Below are positions 39,126 through 53,100 of a stretch of DNA of 64,000 bases, piece by piece. Every line of letters starts with the position of its first letter. The stretch's first letter is position 1. Origin of the DNA: Octopus vulgaris (Eukaryota); assembly GCA_951406725.2 (NCBI GenBank), contig OX597816.1, positions 151,714,001 through 151,778,000 on the forward strand, read 5' to 3'. A program made the translations under genes and the position numbers. The notes beneath the pieces were generated by a model. It was not told the DNA's origin. It saw nothing but the letters and a program-made list of their open reading frames with translations, and did no database searches.

Positions 39126-41524
39126 AGGAGTGCAAATCCTACCTTAACTTCTTTTAGTTGTCTTCTACAAAACACAGTGTAAATGTTGGGGCTATTCTTT
39201 GACATGCCTATCCTCGCATAACACTAGAGTAATGTGAAATGAAGTGTTTTGCTCAAGAACACAACATGCCACTAGGTCTGGAAATCGAACCCATGATATG
39301 GTGATCATGAGTGTAACACCCTAACCAATAGGCCACATGCCTGTGAATAACAACCAATAATTTGATGAATCAGGTCACAGTTGGGGATGAACAAGAAATA
39401 TTCCCAGATATTTTAAGCTTTAACTCCTTGAAAACAATCAGTTGCAATGGTTCAAACACTCATTTGAAATATTTTCTTTATATTCTGACATTATAAAGAA
39501 AAGAAAGACTGTTGAGCCTATGAGACTAACTGCAAATGAAGTAGGCTGTGAATGGGAATTAGTAGACAATGTCTCTAAGAATATGGCATAAATCTGAAGA
39601 CACTGGAAACATCCCTGCAGTAAATATATGATGATCATAATGAGTAAGCTAATTGATCAGTAACATTTGACACAAACTGATTGGCTAAGCATCTTATATT
39701 TCTATACCTCAAGGTGTTATGTATGATTATTTCTTATCATTGACATAACAAACCAGCTAAGGAGCCTCAACATGGCTGCTCAACCTACTAGAAATAGCAA
39801 CCAAATCAATCTCACATTTTACTTAACCATCTTTAAAATGGACATATTTGATGTATTATGAGATAAGCCAAGTTTGAAAGGATAGGTAATATTTTAGCAG
39901 AAGTCTGTTCAATTAGGAATAAACACCACCACCAACAACAACATGGGAAAATATATGGTAATCAGAAACTAAATTTCTATGAAAAGGAATGTAAAATACT
40001 TATATACACATGAGATGGGTGTAAAAGCACTAGAACACAAGATGTTTGAATGACAGCTAGTTTTATATACATAGCAGGAAGTAATATGGTGTTATATTTT
40101 TTTCCTTTCACATTTATTTAATTCAAGTAGTTTGTTTGTCTTATGTAGTTTACTATGTAATCTAAAGAAAATGCTATTTCATACTATGTATGAGATGCGT
40201 TTAAAAAGTATCTGACTTTATTTTTTCCCATCAAAAATAATGCTGTGTAGGCAAAATCCTTTGGGTGGGAGATGTGACCATTCCTGCACATGCTTGAAAA
40301 TTTTTGTGCCAGTGGACCATGTGAATTCCCAACTGCCTAGAGTACAGATATATAGTGCAGATATACTCATGCAGCATCTCACCGCAGACGTCAGTTGCCT
40401 TGCCACCTATGTGGCACGATACATGGCCATTCATCTCCTGAAAGTGCAGTACTGAACTGACTTTGCCCTCTATTGGCACTGCCATTAGTGGTAGCACTCC
40501 ACTCACTACCTCCTCCTTCCACAGAATAAGGACACCCTCCTTAATCCATCTCTCTATTTCAATCTTACAATATGTAAGAGGAACAGAAAAATACGCAAAA
40601 CTTTTCTAAGCTTAAAATGTGACACAGTTTTTCTTATCTACATTCCAACGATGGAGCTTTGGATCTTTGTTAGAAACCAGCTCCTTCCTCAGGGGAAGAA
40701 TTTACGTAATTAAAAACAGAATAAACAAATAAATAAGCAATCAAACATGCATGTATATATATATATACACACACATGATGCATTTCTTTAATTTTCTGTC
40801 TATCAAATCCATTCACAAAGGTTGGTTTGGCATGGAACTATTACAGTAGAAAGTGCTTGTCTAAGTGTCACACAAAGGGATTGATCTCCAAACCATATGG
40901 CTAGGAAGCAAACTTCTTAGCCATACACCACACTATTAATCCCATCTGTCATGAGTTCAGTTTCAGAAGGCATAAAAATGCTGGAATCAGAAAAAAAATT
41001 ACTTATGCTTAGAGTCATTACAGAGTAAAAAATCTGTATATGTATTTGCCTCTAATGACTGGCTTAATTTTAAGAGACATAATTGGTTGAAGAATTAGAG
41101 AAGAAACTCCAAAAGTGGAAACAAAGTCTAAAAAATTGTGAATTAAACCTAGCAAAGACAAATGCTTTAGTTGTGAGGACTCAGCAGTCATCTTGGAAGT
41201 AATCATGTTAGATATGCAGAAAAGAACAGTTAGGAATCTTATACAGTGCACATAATGTAAACCATGACTGCACTAGAAATGCAGTAAGATTATAAGCATA
41301 CCAACAGAGAAAGACTTCCTATGTAGTAGATATATAGGATAGTTAGCAGTAACTGCAGCCACAAAAATAATTTTTTTCAAAGGCCTTGAAGGCAGTCTAG
41401 AAGTAGTTGACAGCTTCTGTTACCTTACTGAAATAATCAGCAGCAGAGCTGTTCTGAAAGCAGAGAACCCAAAATAAGGAGAAGGTAGAAAAACAGTTCA
41501 ATCAACAATTATTTCTACTGGCAA

Positions 41525-41830
41525 CAAAGGGATTTGCTCTCTAATTGTATGAAGCTAGTGTATGTAGTGTGATATTATATAGCAGTGAAACATGGGAGTT
41601 GAATGAAGAGGAAATGTGAAGGCTGGAAAGAAATGAGGTGAACATGCTCTGCTGGATGTGTAATGTCAGCATGCATGAATGATGAAGCACAAATGTGCTA
41701 AGAGAAAGATTGGGTATAAGAGGAAGCAGATTGTGCACTTGTGATATGGAAGAAGATAACTGGTGAAGAATTGTCAAGCAATCCAAGTGGGAAGAAGCAG
41801 TAGAAGAGGAAAACCGAGGGAGACAGGACT
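41525..41830 (+). mobile_element. Degenerate RTE LINE fragment
   Basis: LYEASVCSVILYSSETWELNEEEM*RLERNEVNMLCWMCNVS. Confidence 0.7.
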
Positions 41831-42404
41831 TGGACTGTCTTCTTAACTCTATTTACCTAAACATACATGATTAAATAGACAAAAAAAAAAAAAGATATTT
41901 TTGATAATTACTACTCAGATCAACAAGACATTATTATAGTAGTAGTAGTTCTAATAGTTATACTGACGTCCCGACTTCTGCTGAGTTACATATAGTTTGT
42001 ATACTTCAGAGTTTTCGAGTTTTAATTAAAACAAAACAGAAATAAAAAAAATAAACAAATGAAATAAAGAAAATAGAGACACTGAACAAGTTTGTGAAAG
42101 TAAGTTTTACAAGACAGAAAATTTATTAAGATAGTAAAAAATATACAGGAAGATATATGAATAATGTAAGTTAATGTTATAAAATTGTGTGTGAACTTAT
42201 GATGTTTTTCTTCTTTAATCCTTTTGTTACCATATTTCTGTTGATATACACTGCCTTTGTTTAAATTAATTTTGAAAATAATGATGAATAAAGTTCAACA
42301 ACTGTGTGTTTAAAACAGCATGAAATTTTGATGGAAGATCACTTCAAAACTATGAAGTTTAGATAAAAGAAAGCATGGGAGGAATTTAAATAATTTTAGT
42401 TCAG

Positions 42405-42683
42405 TCAACGAATATTAGCATTGCTGAAATAGAAATTCTCTTGGGAACTGTGCCTGGGGAAATTACTAACAGAAGTTGCACAGTGGCCTTGAGTCATAGG
42501 AGGAGGATAAGAAGAGAATGGTGTAGTAGAAGGTAAGTGATAGGTCATTGCTGATCGAGTCCAGTCATCTTTGAATATTTGAATAGTCAGTTCAGAGACT
42601 AAGTTAGACAAACGATTGTATACATGGGCCAAAACCATTTGCTCATCTGCATCACGACGGACTCGCACTTGTAAAGTTCCAGC
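42405..42683 (-). CDS. SLC30A6: ZnT6 exon 13 (terminal)
   Basis: AGTLQVRVRRDADEQMVLAHVYNRLSNLVSELTIQIFKDDW...NANIR*; ttttag acceptor. Confidence 0.95.
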   Translation of the reverse strand, partial: AGTLQVRVRRDADEQMVLAHVYNRLSNLVSELTIQIFKDDWTRSAMTYHLPSTTPFSSYPPPMTQGHCATSVSNFPRHSSQENFYFSNANIR

Positions 42684-43941
42684 CTAAAATTTGGAGAAAG
42701 AAACAGAAAAATACGTTACACAGTTAAAAATGGTAGTTTTCCATAAGAAAATATTGGTTTAAAATTTTGGCACAAGGCCAGCAAGTTTGGAGGAGGGGGA
42801 TAGTCAATTACACCAACCCCAATGCTTAACTGGTACTTATTTTAGACCTAGAAAGGATGAAAGGCAAAGTCAACCTTGATGTCATTTGAACTCAGAATGT
42901 CAAGATGGGACAAAATTCTGTTAAACGATTCTGCCAGCTTGCTGCCTTCTTTTTATAAGAAAATATTGAAACTTAAATAGACCAATCCACTTCCAATTCA
43001 TCTTTCACTGTTAAACGATTCTGCCAGCTTGCTGCCTTCTTTTTATAAGAAAATATTGAAACTTAAATAGACCAATCCACTTCCAATTCATCTTTCACTG
43101 TTAAACGATTCTGCCAGCTTGCTGCCTTCTTTTTATAAGAAAATATTGAAACTTAAATAGACCAATCCACTTCCAATTCATCTTTCACTGTTAAACGATT
43201 CTGCCAGCTCGCTGCCTTCTTTTTATAAGAAAATATTGAAACTTAAATAGACCAATCCACTTCCAATTCATCTTTCACTCCTACCATTGACCACCTATTT
43301 AGTATAGAACTTCTTCATCCCCATATCCCAGTGACCCCCCTCCACTCCTATTTACAATCAGCTACCTCCACCTCTATTCTTATCCATCACTCTCTCTCTC
43401 CTCATACTCTTCTAACAGTCACCCTCTCTTCCTGATTTTCCTTCTGTCACCACTCACTCTTCCGTTCACCTTCTTGGACACATGACTAATCTTCAATAAG
43501 GACATTTTCTTAGTATTGCAAGGTTATGACATAGTTATTGAGGAAATAGTGTTTTTGGCCTTTGCACCAGTTACATCAGTCTAACCAATCTATCTGTTTA
43601 CATTTAAGTCAACTGAGCCAGCAAGAGTGAACTAGTTAAATATTTGCTCATGGGTTTATCATAGCTGATGGAAGATAGGCTCTTTGGTAGTTAGGTGAAC
43701 AAATTCATTCAGTTGGCAGTGACTTCACTGAGTGCAGAAGTGGGTGAGAAAACACAAACATGAAAATAGGGGGGGAAAAAAAGTGTTGACTTACCAAAAC
43801 TCCAAAAGATACAGTCCAAAAGTGTTCATGACGAAACTCAAGAACTCCATCTAAAGTAGAAGCTTCTCGGAGAAGCTTGTCAAGTTGACCAATTATGTGT
43901 GAGGGGCTAGTCTGAAGAAGTGAACAAAGAAATTACGTATT

Positions 43942-43975
<34 letters not shown>

Positions 43976-44141
43976 AATATAAAAAATAAATAATATATAA
44001 ATATATGCATATATACATACATATATGTATATATACATGTGCATATATGGGTACAGGACATTAAAAAAATGTAGACAAAATGAGAAACGAGAACATAAAA
44101 AAAAAATATAGAAAACGAACATTTTTCGAACAACGAAAGAA

Positions 44142-44175
<34 letters not shown>

Positions 44176-47100
44176 GTAAAGAGAAGAAAACGAGCAAACT
44201 TTATAGATCAGGATGGAATAAAGCTAATTTAACTTTACTGTGAGTTATTAGTCCCTTATCAGGATGAAAATAAATCAATCCCTGCAAGACTGGAGCTAAA
44301 AAGATGGGAAGCACTATAAAGTGAATACAAGAAACACATTCTCTTTCTCTCTCTCTCTCACACACACACTAACATGCAAACAAAGCAATGCATGTACCTG
44401 AGACACATTGAATTGTGTAGCAAGAGGTATTAAAATTGATTGAATGGATAAATTCTAATTCAAAATGTAATAAGGTAAGACTAAATACTGCAGATTATAA
44501 GATTATAGTGGAAAAAGGTTATAGGTTGATCTACTAAAGGAGTTTCTCTCACAGAGAAACTCCTTTGGTAGATGGGTGAAAAAGAGACTGTTTGATACAA
44601 ACTTACCTGTAAAAGTATCTTGCCTGTATACATGCTCATAGGAAACATTGTACCCCATGTCATTAAAGCAATTGCTACAGCTGCCCATGTATCGGCAGAA
44701 TAGTACATTCTGAAAATAGAAATACATATATATTTGCTTAGCTGATAATAAAGTGTCAATAATCTTTTAATTAATTTACTTGATGGGCTGTTGCCAGCCT
44801 TGTCTGGCCCCCGTGCCGGTGGCACTAAAAAGCACCATCCGATCGTGGCCGTTTGCCAGCCTCGTCTGGCACCTGTGCAGGTGGCACGTAAAAAGCACCC
44901 ACTACACTCATGGAGTGGTTGGCGTTAGGAAGGGCATCCAGCCGTAGAAACACTGCCAGATCAAGATTGGAGCCTGGTGCAGCCATCTGGCTTCCCAGAC
45001 CCCAGTTGAACCATCCAACCCATGCTAGCATGGAAAACGGACGTTAAAGGATGATGATGACGATGATAATGATGATCTGTTCTGATTTATGCTGTGTTGT
45101 GCATGTATAGATATTATTTTGTGTCAATAGCATGAAAAAAAAAAGCACCCAATACACACTGTAATGTGACTAGTGTTAGGAAGAGCATCCAGCCATAGAA
45201 ACCATGCCAAAGCTGATACTGGAACTTGGCATAGTACTGCAGCTCACTGGATCCAACCAAACTGTCCAACCTATGCCAGCATGCAAAATGGACATTAATT
45301 GTTGATATTGATGAAGATGAAATGTTAAAATCACAAGTGTGCAGTGTGTTAGCTAATCTGATTACTTCGTGGGTAGCTAACTTGTGCTATTCACTGGAAA
45401 AGGAAGATGGATATGTCTTCTCTGAGGGACAGCCAACAGACTGCGAAACAGTCTATTAGGAGGCTCTATACTGTTATTCTACACATATTTCAAGTAGGAG
45501 CTTGCATTCTTATTCTTACTTAACTCTCAGTGAGGCTTAATAATATCTAAGTTTACTTCAGTTTTCTGATTTACACTGTGTTGTATATATATATACATAG
45601 ATACTGTTTAAATATCTATGTGTGTGTGTGTTGAACTTCTGTATAGTATGTATCAACTTGAATTAACAGTAACACACACTTGTTTCCTGCAAAGTGGGAC
45701 TGAACTTGGAACTATGTGGTTATGAAGCAAACTTCTTAACCATACAGCCATATTTCAATTTAATCCTTGGATAACCAAAGGTAGTACCAGTAACTTGAAA
45801 CAGCCTCTGATGGGAATCAAAACCAGTGTTTCCCACTCTTTATTAGCTTATTTATTTTGACATGATGTAACTTCTTGAATTCAATTTTTTAAATGAGCAA
45901 ATAAGTGAATACTTACTTTGCATCAATGAGTACATGGGTGCTGAAAAGAGCAATTGCACCGGCAAATGCAATTAGAGCAAATGGATTGAGTCGAGGAAGG
46001 AGGAGTTTACTCAGTCCTGGTATCACATGGCATAAACTGTCAAAAGAAGAATGTAATTAAACAATTTTAAAAATTCCACAAAATATTCTGAAGCAGAACA
46101 CAAAGTTATTGACAATTGTTAAATCCTTGTTATTATTTTGATTTTTATATAATTTTAAGTGTTGTTGTTTAAACCTAGTAGTCCTGACTGAGCAAACTGA
46201 TCAAAGACATTCAGCCATGACCCCCTCGCCTCTTCTTGGGAAGAGGTGGGGTATTGCATCTATAACTGAATTATCAAATGTGTCCTCCTTTCTTAAGATT
46301 ATGGTGTAATTTGATTGCAATTTTTAGCAGGATGAGTAACTACACAAAAGCTCCTCATCTTATCATAATTAATGTTATTGGCCACTTAGTATATTTATTT
46401 TGTACAAACTTTAGTATATTTGTAATAAATGCAATATATATATTTGGAATATACTGTATGTGACACATAGTATAATGTATATATTTCTAACAATTACTCT
46501 AGTGCCTTGGGCAGTGAGCTGGCAGAATCATTAGCATTTTAGCCGTCTTTATGTTCTGAGTTGAAATTCTTACACATATATGGACATTTGACCAATATCA
46601 TCATGATCCTTTAAAAATATTTAGCCATGTTGTTTAAATATATTTGACCATGAATTTGGATAAATCACAATTTTCTGACGTTTCTCTATCTCATATCATA
46701 GTAATAGGTTTAGTATAACTGAATTTACTATATTCAGTAAATTCAGTTATATTCATATAGTAAACACAATTGTAATATCCCTGTTCCTAACATTATATTT
46801 TGAAATTTTGACATAAGATCAGCAATTTCGGGGGAGGGGTAGGTCGATTACAACTGGTTTTTAATTTATCGACCTCAAAAGGGGGCTTTTAAATATGTTC
46901 GGTGAGACCATGTAAAGTTGGATAAACAGGCTGAAGTTGAGGTATGCCTATATATCGTTTCAAGCAGAGCCCTTCATCGAAGAATTAAGTCGATTCCCCC
47001 AATAAGCATTGGTAATGTTCAAAAATACTTAGTCGTCTCCCTTGAAGTTAGGGAACGCAACTCTTGAAATTGTGACAAACAAGTAATTTACCTTTCACTC

Positions 47101-50100
47101 ATATCTGTCATATGTTCTTGAAGCCAACTGGAACTAGAAGCAGCAACGACATGATTCATTGCACGGTTGTTGATGCTATATGTAACAACCATATGTACAA
47201 CAAATGCTAAAATTGTACCTAAAAGGAGACGACCGCTGCAAAAAAAAAAAAAAAAAAAAAACTAATCAGAAAAGATTATATATATATACTTCGTTTTTGG
47301 ATTTGGTTTGCAAGATTCTTTATGTGAGTTCGTGTGTTGAAATGAATTTTGTTGTTTCTGGGGAGTCATTCTCTTTTAGTGCCTTATTTAACACACTCAC
47401 TGGTAAAGTTTCCACTCATGAGTAAATGAGTGGAAACTTTACCAGTGAGTGTGTTAAATAATAAGGCACTAAAAGAGAATGACTCACCCCAGATACAACA
47501 AATTACACACACACACACACACATACATATCAGCACCATCATCATTTAATGTCCACTTTCCCATGCTTGCATGAGTCAAACGGAATTTTGTCAAGACAAG
47601 ACTGATCCTTGTTTTCAAGAGAGGCAATATTTCCCATGGTCTGATATGCTTTCTACAGAAGACTGGAAATGAATAACACCTCTTATATGACAGTGATGCT
47701 CCTTTACAACCATCACATGATGTCAAGACAAAGGTATGCAAACACGCACACACACATACGCATGACAGAATTCTCTCAGTTTCCACCTACCAAATCCTCT
47801 CACCAGGCTTTGATCAGCATGGGGTTATAATAGATGTCATTTGCACAAGATGCTATGCAATGGGACTGAACCCATGACCACATGGTTGGGAAGCAAGCTT
47901 CTAACCTACATACTGATGACTGCACCTATATATACAAGTTCCGAGACTAGTTCTGTAGAGTACCAACAAATGGCAGCACACGGTTGTGTGCACAGTGAGA
48001 CCTAGCAGTGACCTTCACGAGGCAGTGTGCTGAGTGACATCGCTGTGTTTACTTTGGGAAATTTGTGATTTTGTAATCACATGTATGCTGTAGGCTGCAA
48101 TTTTGTCACGGACAAGAAGTTGGAACAAGGAGCCAATGTGAAATTTTGCTTGAGCATACTTCAGCAAGCTTACAGTAATGAGGCAATAGATTGTACACTA
48201 TGTTTCAAGTGGTATGGGTACTTCAGAAGTAGAAGAACATCCCTGGAAGACGATGAGTGATCTGGAAGATCTGCTACCAGTATCATACTTGGAAATGTGG
48301 CGAAAATTCATCAGCTTGTGCATGAGGATCGTTGGAGGACAATCAATGACACTGCTGATGTTGTTGCTCTGTCATATGGATCCGTACAGGCAATCCTAAT
48401 ATCTGGATTCTTCACAATGCCAATGCACCCTGTCACTGAATTCTCCTCACTCATGAGTTTCTCACCAAAAACAACATGGTATTACTTCTGCACCCACTCT
48501 ATTTGCCAGATTTAGCATCTGTAGACTTCCATCTCTTCCCCAAGATGAAAATGCAGCTCAAAGGTCACCATTTTAACACCGTTGTTGAGATCAAGAGCAA
48601 ATTGCAGAAGGTCCTTGACAACTTCCAGGCTAGATTCCAAAAGCGGCAGGAACACTGGGGCTAGTGTATTGCTGCTCATGGTGATTATTTTGAAGGAGAT
48701 CATGTGAAATCTTAGGTAAATAAGTTATTTTTTTATTAAACATAACTAGACTGGGAACTCTTTTACACCACCTCTTCCAAGTTAATGTATGCTGCATAAA
48801 AAATAAAAAAAAGATTCAATCATAATTTCTACTTCTCTTCCCAATAAGTCAGAGACTTGATTCACATGTTAAGAATCAGAAAGATTTAAAATATGAAAAA
48901 CAAGAGTTAATTAACTATTGAGTATGATGATAATGATCATCATCATCACCATTTAATATCTACTTTTCCATGCTTGCATGAAGCAGACAGAACTTGTTGA
49001 GGCAGATTTTCTGTCTTCCTGTCACCAACTGTCACCTGTTTGTTTCCAAACAAGATAATATCATGACGAAGAATGCATTAATTATCAAACAGTATAGTGG
49101 CTGAGAATTAGAAGTAATGTTTTACAGTATTTAGTTTGATAAGTTATATCTCTGTATCAAAACTCTTTTACAAAATTAGCTTTGTAAATTTTTAAGATTA
49201 TGGTTTTCTGGACTGTTAACCTCATCCTCAGTGTATTTTAACAATATCTACATTAAGTTTTTCATTCATTTAATATCTGACAATCATCAGCTGTCTTATT
49301 CTTGGATATGCACATAAACCAAGATTGGATTCAAACAAGGAACCTTTATTTCTAAAGTGAGGTTAGTAATGTCTTTAAACAGGAAGTCACTAGATTAAAA
49401 GAAAAACGTTTTGAATGTTTTGATCCCTGATCCTGTAATCTCAGAGACACAGCAACCTAATGTAATAGACATTGTACCATATATTGCAACTAGAAAACAT
49501 TCTTGTTAGACACACATGCAATGACAATTCTATACTTAAAATATGAGGTTTGAAAAATAAAATATATATCTAAAGAAACTTACGTATGTATCTCAGGCTG
49601 CATAATAAATCTTTCAATGCTAAGAAAGAAAGAAACAAAATTTACCAATTTACCAATGTTACTATCAACATTAAGCAAGTGTTAAATAATACCAATATTA
49701 ATCACAATATAAAAATCACACAACATATTCTACACAATCTCTGCCTCACACTGAAATACATAACAATCACACAGAATATGTAAAATGCAAACATCAACCA
49801 AGGAAATAATACATTCCACACTGCACATACTCTACATGATAGACAAAGTACTAAAATAATATCAGAAACAACAAACCAAACCCCAGAACAATGTAAAAAT
49901 TAGGTAGCATTTAAACATAATTCTATAATCTTGAAAGATAATACTGCATATACCTAAGGAATATGAAGGTGTAGTAGAAACTTGCATAAACATGTTGGAA
50001 TGATGATGATGATGATGAATGTTTGTAATTTAGGCACAAGACCAGTAATCTCTGAGGGGAGGTATTTTATCAAACCTCAGCCGGATTTGAAGAATGTAAA

Positions 50101-53100
50101 AAGCTGGGTCAAATATCACAAAGCATTTTAACTGATGCTCTAACAATCCTGTCTATTCATCACCCTGGATTGACACTTTTTTATCAACTTGCAAAAAAGG
50201 ATGAAATGCAAAACTGATCTTGGTAGGATTTGAACTCAGACCACAGAGTCAAACAGATACAGTGAGTCATTCAATCTGATGCCTTAAAGACTTTGCCAAG
50301 TTGCTGAAGATTGTATATGTTGTAACAGGTTACCTGGAAGAAGGACTAGTTGAAATTGTTAAGGAAAGGAAATGGCTGAAGCTGTCAGACTCAGTAGTAA
50401 TTGTGGAATAGATTCATTCATAAAATATTTGCAAGAGATTGACTTATCCAGGAGAAAAACCAGAATGGTTGAGTGGATGTCAGCAGCCTCACAGTTGAAG
50501 AATTATGTATTGAAATCCACTTACTGACTCTATTATAAACCGAGGACAAAGCATTTAAAACTTTCTACTGCACCTATCTGAAAGCAGAGTAGGCAAGTGC
50601 TTGCTAGTTGTTGTGGTATACTAGTGGCTATAGGCTGTGCAATATAAAACCTTTCCAATTAGCTAGAAGAAGTGCATGTAATAGAAGAGAAAACAAAAAT
50701 GACACAAGGTTAAAGTATCAAAATAACTGGAAATTGACAAAAGGATTAGTGACTTCTAATGTTGAAATATTTCAGACAAAACTGGATGAATGGTCAAGAG
50801 AAAACTGTAACTGATATTTTGCATCAGAATAGTAAACAGAGTTTAAGTACAAAAACAATTATCAACGTCACAATAACATATTATGTACAGTTGTCTTGTT
50901 TAAATAATTTAGTGATATACCTTTCTTTGATGATGAATAACGCACCAAGTTGTGCCAGCATGGTGCTAGCAAATACAGCTAGGACAACAAAGCGGTCATA
51001 CCTAGAAGGAATTACATAAGAAAAAAGTAAATGATAATTATATAACCAAAGTTGATGCTTTTCTTAAATATTATTTTAGAAGAGGTTTATCACCATTGAC
51101 AATAATTTTCTACAAAATGGAAAACAAACAGAAAAGTCTTTCAGTCATTGAAATTAAAAGATATAGTGACCAGTAGCAGAAGAATTCTATGAAAGTCACT
51201 TGAGACAGGATCAATATGACCTGGAATGATATTATGAAGTTTTAGCCAAATAGTAATTTAACTGTCATCAGATCTACTTAATTTCTAGATTATTTGGGCT
51301 CTTTGTGTCTTGTCTGTCATAATTGGGATATGATCTCAAAATACAACATTATGGTACGATAACCATGATGTAACCAAGATATATTTCATACTTTATCATA
51401 TTTCAAGAAACTCACAACATTATTTAAATTTCAGTTTTTCATATTCGTTTTTCATTTTTTAAATAATTTTTATAAAGGTTAAGTATAAAATATATTTGAC
51501 AAAGAGATTAAATGAAACTCCAAGAGCTCAAAGTTTGCAACACATCTAATCAAAACATTTATACTTCTATAACTATACTCTAGCAAAGGACCCAGTCATG
51601 TGGCTAGCAGCACTAATTTGAAAGCTACTACTATTAAAATGGATATTTATATTGAAAGGTATTTGAGAAATGATGCACTAATGAGCATTCTCAGAATTAT
51701 GAAAAGAAAAATTATTCACACAACATGATATACATAATGTTTATAAAGAAGTTTACTATGTTTATAATACTTACTTTGCAAAATGAGTACCAAAAATAAG
51801 GAGAAAAACAAACAAACCCTTACCCAAAAGAATATATAGAAGATGATCGCTGATATTGAATCCATAGTGTAAGCAGACATGTTAACAAACTGGAAAAAAA
51901 ATTGAAATCACATTTAGATAATCCCAATCAGATCACTGTTGTATCATATAATGAGGAAGATGGTGGTGTAAAAAGTTTTGAATATGAAATGTTAAAAAGA
52001 AAAGAAATCTTACCTGAAAATGTCAAATATTGTAAGATAAGTGTAGGCTGTGAGAGCTGTAAGAATAAAATAGATAGGTGCAGGTTGTAAGCGATGTAAC
52101 AGCAACATAGGTTTAGTAACTAGAAGAAGATTTAATGCTTGTGACAGTATAATGTGTTGGCCTTATGATAAAGAAAACACGGTCTAGGTTTTGCATTTTT
52201 GTTGTTGCGTAGCTCTAGCCCTGATTGAGTTACTTTATAATTAAAAACATTCCAGCAGTAACTGTCTGATCTTTTTTATATTGAGACCAATTTCTATTAT
52301 GGCATATTGGAGTTGACTAGCCTTTTATAAGCTCTGCACACTAATCTGTAGTGATTGCTCATCTGACCTATCAAGTGAGTTTGGAACATTGGTTGAGTCC
52401 TGTGCTTTGATTGGTCAAGTATTGCACAGGATATGGATCAAGGATCCAATCATGTCGTGCATAATACATTCTCAAACAACTAACCTGAATCAACATTGGA
52501 GTCTACATCTATCTGTATATTGTTTTAACAAAACATCTATGACAGAGAGGTGAGCGATTTTCATGAAGGCAAGTCATGTTATTTTTCCTGCTATTATAAT
52601 GAAGCACAAGTAATCAACAATGGCCAGAGCAGAATTATCCAAACAATGGATGATGTATTTATTTTGTCCACTGTTTTATTTACTAGAGGAATAAAGTCTT
52701 ACTTTTATTTTTAAAGTTTGTTTCTTGTATCATCTCCACAAGTGAATATGCAACATGTTATATAATGGTATGCAAGATTCTGTAGTAAAACCAAGGAAGA
52801 CTTAATACCAACACAGCTAAATATCTAAGACTACACTGTCCAATGTGTTCTTCCTATGTTATGATGGTAGGGTGTAATTTTAGAGAGATTTATTTAGCTG
52901 GTATTTCTTGTAGGTTAAGCAATCATGAAGAGATGTCTTACTTTTTAGTGGAGTTTACTGTTACAAGCTTTTGGACCACTAGTTGTACCCATGCAGGCCC
53001 CTCTGCCTTCCCCACTCTCATAGTAATTTCCTCATCAAACATGATGCTCAGCTACCCTAGGGCTGATAGTCCTGTGAACTGCATGGCAACCTCAATAGTG

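Noticed and set aside
40218-40506. Cluster of short ORFs in a GC-richer patch
   Set aside because: No domain recognised; likely an old repeat fragment
42919-43279. Regular repeats as a CRISPR array
   Set aside because: No unique spacers, no cas genes, eukaryotic intron
46945-46992. Minus-strand hammerhead-like TCGATGA-AGGGCTCTGCTT-GAAAC
   Set aside because: The core is not CUGAUGA, there is no good NUH site and no stem I pairing; at most a badly decayed remnant
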